64,000 nt of DNA, taken from an uncultured Pseudomonadales bacterium. GTDB taxonomy: Bacteria; Pseudomonadota; Gammaproteobacteria; Pseudomonadales; Porticoccaceae. Of this stretch, positions 62,154 to 64,000 are shown in pieces. Both the position numbers and the translations under genes were made by a program. The notes beneath the pieces were generated by a model that saw only the letters and a program-made list of their open reading frames with translations, made no database searches and was not told where the DNA came from. The stretch lies in the NCBI GenBank assembly GCA_938092205.1, contig CALKMW010000037.1, positions 1,628-65,627 on the forward strand, given 5' to 3'. Position 1 is the first letter of the stretch, and each line of letters opens with the position of its first letter.

Positions 62154-62533
62154 GTAACTACAATGGCGTCCATTTCAATTTCAGCACCCTTTGGTAGCTC
62201 TTTTACACCAATAGCGGCCCGAGCGGGATAGGGTTGCTCAAATAACTCTGACATAACCTCATTGACTGCATTGAAATTACTTAGGTCGGTAAGAAATATA
62301 TTAAGTTTAACAATGCCGCCTAGATCGGTTCCTGCTGCCTCGCATACCGCATTTAGGTTAGCGAATACTTGGCGGGCTTGAACCTGTATATCCCCGCTTA
62401 CTAGTTCCATAGATTCAGGGTTTAAAGGAATTTGACCCGAAAGATAAACCGTATTGTTCACTTTTACTGCTTGGCTGTAGGGGCCAATGGCAGCAGGGGC
62501 TTTTTCTGTAAAAATATGGGCTTTGTTAGACAT
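62150..62533 (-). CDS. ridA: RidA-family enamine deaminase
   Basis: Motifs [16 protein letters not shown] and YPARAA. Confidence 0.92.
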   Translation of the reverse strand: MSNKAHIFTEKAPAAIGPYSQAVKVNNTVYLSGQIPLNPESMELVSGDIQVQARQVFANLNAVCEAAGTDLGGIVKLNIFLTDLSNFNAVNEVMSELFEQPYPARAAIGVKELPKGAEIEMDAIVVT

Positions 62534-62552
62534 AAAAGGCGTCCTTAAATAA

Positions 62553-64000
62553 CTATTTGTTTTTTACGCGATAAACTCGTCGCACAGGCGCCAGGCTTCT
62601 GACTCTACGAATTATATCTGCTAGGTGTACACGGTTACGCACGGTCATAACCACATCTACAATACTAGTGTAAGCATCTTTTTCCGTGGTGCTAATGGTT
62701 TCAATTGTAGCGTCTTCTTCGGTTATTCTTGATGCTAGTGCCGCTATAAACCCGCGTTCGGGGGTTATTTCTACCTTAATCTCAACCGGGAATTCACCTT
62801 CCACAACCTTTGACCAGCTAAGTGGCATACATTTTTCAGGGTGGTTGCGAATCTCTTTTAGGTTATGGCAGGACTCTAGGTGAATCACTAGCCCCTTACC
62901 TGGAGATACATGGCCCAATATGGGATCTCCCGGAATCGGGTGGCAGCATCGAGCATAATGAAGGATAAGACTCTCCGATGTATCTACTACTACAGGGAGT
63001 GAAGGCTTGCGTTTATCCTCGGGAATATTTCGCTTGGATGGCGGAACTAATATATTGGCAACAGCAAAAGGCACCTGATTACCCAATCCGATTTGTTGAA
63101 GAACATATTCAAAGGTTGGCGCCGATGTTTCTTTGAGTAATCGCTTTATCTGTGACTTTCTTAGCTTATTATAAGCGGTGCCATAATTAGCCAATGCTTT
63201 GTCCAATAAGCGCTTACCTAGGTTTACAGACTCATCATGTTGCTGGTTTTTTAAATAGTGACGAATAGCACTTCGCGCCTTGGCAGTAACGATAAAATTG
63301 AGCCAATTGGGGTTTGGTTGAGCCCCCTGGGTGCTAATAATTTCAATCTTTTGCCCGCTTTGCAGCTGTTCTGATAAAGGAGTCAGTTCACCATCGACAC
63401 GACAGGCGATACAGCTATTACCCAAATCTGTATGGACTGAATAAGCAAAGTCGACTGGTGTTGCGCCGGAGGGGAGTTCAATAATCCTGCCCTTAGGGGT
63501 AAATACATAAATTTCATCAGGAAATAGATCGGTTTTAACATGCTCCAAAAATTCCAACGAATCTCCTGCTTGCTTTTGCATCTCAAGCAGTCCTTGGACC
63601 CATCGCGTTGCTCGGCGCTGGCTTGCGTCGACAGTTCCTTCGGGTGATTTATATTCCCAGTGAGCGGCGATACCATAGTTAGCCATGGTTTCCATTTCTT
63701 GAGTACGAATCTGCACCTCAATCAAAACCCCATGCATGCCAACAAGAACAGTGTGAAGAGACTGATAGCCATTGGCTTTTGGAATTGCCACATAGTCTTT
63801 AAATTCGCCGGGAACCGGCTTAAAGATATTGTGCATTATGCCGAGCGTGCGATAACAATCATCAACTGATTCGACAATCAGTCTAAAAGCAAATACATCC
63901 ATAATGTCGCGAAAAGATTTTTGCTTATCGCGCATTTTTTTATAGATGCTCCATACATGCTTTTCGCGACCTTTGACAATGGCTGGGAAAGACTCTCGCT
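62553..64000 (-). CDS. spoT: (p)ppGpp synthetase/hydrolase SpoT (3' part; begins beyond the right edge)
   Basis: Frame is open to the window edge ([13 protein letters not shown]); [20 protein letters not shown] domain, CCHP and ACT domain. Confidence 0.95.
   Translation of the reverse strand, partial: RESFPAIVKGREKHVWSIYKKMRDKQKSFRDIMDVFAFRLIVESVDDCYRTLGIMHNIFKPVPGEFKDYVAIPKANGYQSLHTVLVGMHGVLIEVQIRTQEMETMANYGIAAHWEYKSPEGTVDASQRRATRWVQGLLEMQKQAGDSLEFLEHVKTDLFPDEIYVFTPKGRIIELPSGATPVDFAYSVHTDLGNSCIACRVDGELTPLSEQLQSGQKIEIISTQGAQPNPNWLNFIVTAKARSAIRHYLKNQQHDESVNLGKRLLDKALANYGTAYNKLRKSQIKRLLKETSAPTFEYVLQQIGLGNQVPFAVANILVPPSKRNIPEDKRKPSLPVVVDTSESLILHYARCCHPIPGDPILGHVSPGKGLVIHLESCHNLKEIRNHPEKCMPLSWSKVVEGEFPVEIKVEITPERGFIAALASRITEEDATIETISTTEKDAYTSIVDVVMTVRNRVHLADIIRRVRSLAPVRRVYRVKNK

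Noticed and set aside
1588-63869. Many 60-120 aa ORFs nested in or antisense to housekeeping genes
   Set aside because: They overlap well-supported genes, show no recognisable motifs, and are expected by chance.
1-64000. Mobile elements, prophage, defence systems, tRNA/rRNA
   Set aside because: Nearly all sequence is explained by core genes; I saw no transposase, integrase, nuclease cluster or cloverleaf.

Overview
A gene-dense core-chromosome segment from a Gammaproteobacterium. Gene order is Pseudomonas/Cellvibrionales-like with very short intergenic gaps, which suggests a streamlined marine lineage such as SAR92/Porticoccaceae; that taxonomy is my inference. Contents in order: hexR (partial), uvrD, an orphan TRAP solute-binding protein, trkH-trkA-rsmB-fmt-def, dprA-purE-tsaC-hemF-aroE, a caa3-type cytochrome c oxidase cluster, an LPS inner-core/heptose cluster containing a Wzi-like gene, zur-znuCB/znuA, polA, engB, cytochrome c4-dsbA, serC-serA, a GlxA-type regulator facing a fabY-like ketosynthase, a secreted trypsin-like protease, sahR-metK-ahcY-metF-rsmE, tkt-epd-pgk-fba, pit/DUF47, recG-oxyR, ridA and spoT (partial). 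I saw no tRNA, rRNA, CRISPR array, transposase, integrase or phage gene, and no obvious new multi-gene system. The best leads are small-scale: (1) an unannotated structured small-RNA candidate with a sigmaE-like promoter between polA and engB; (2) an OxyR that lacks the resolving Cys208 but has gained C234 and a CxxC motif; (3) a cox cluster with no heme A synthase; (4) a 21-bp-phased direct repeat linking the GlxA regulator to fabY; (5) a Methanosarcina/alphaproteobacterial-type serC; (6) readable HexR, Zur and SahR operators and a possible CsrA site. All family calls come from motif recognition by eye; no database searches were run.
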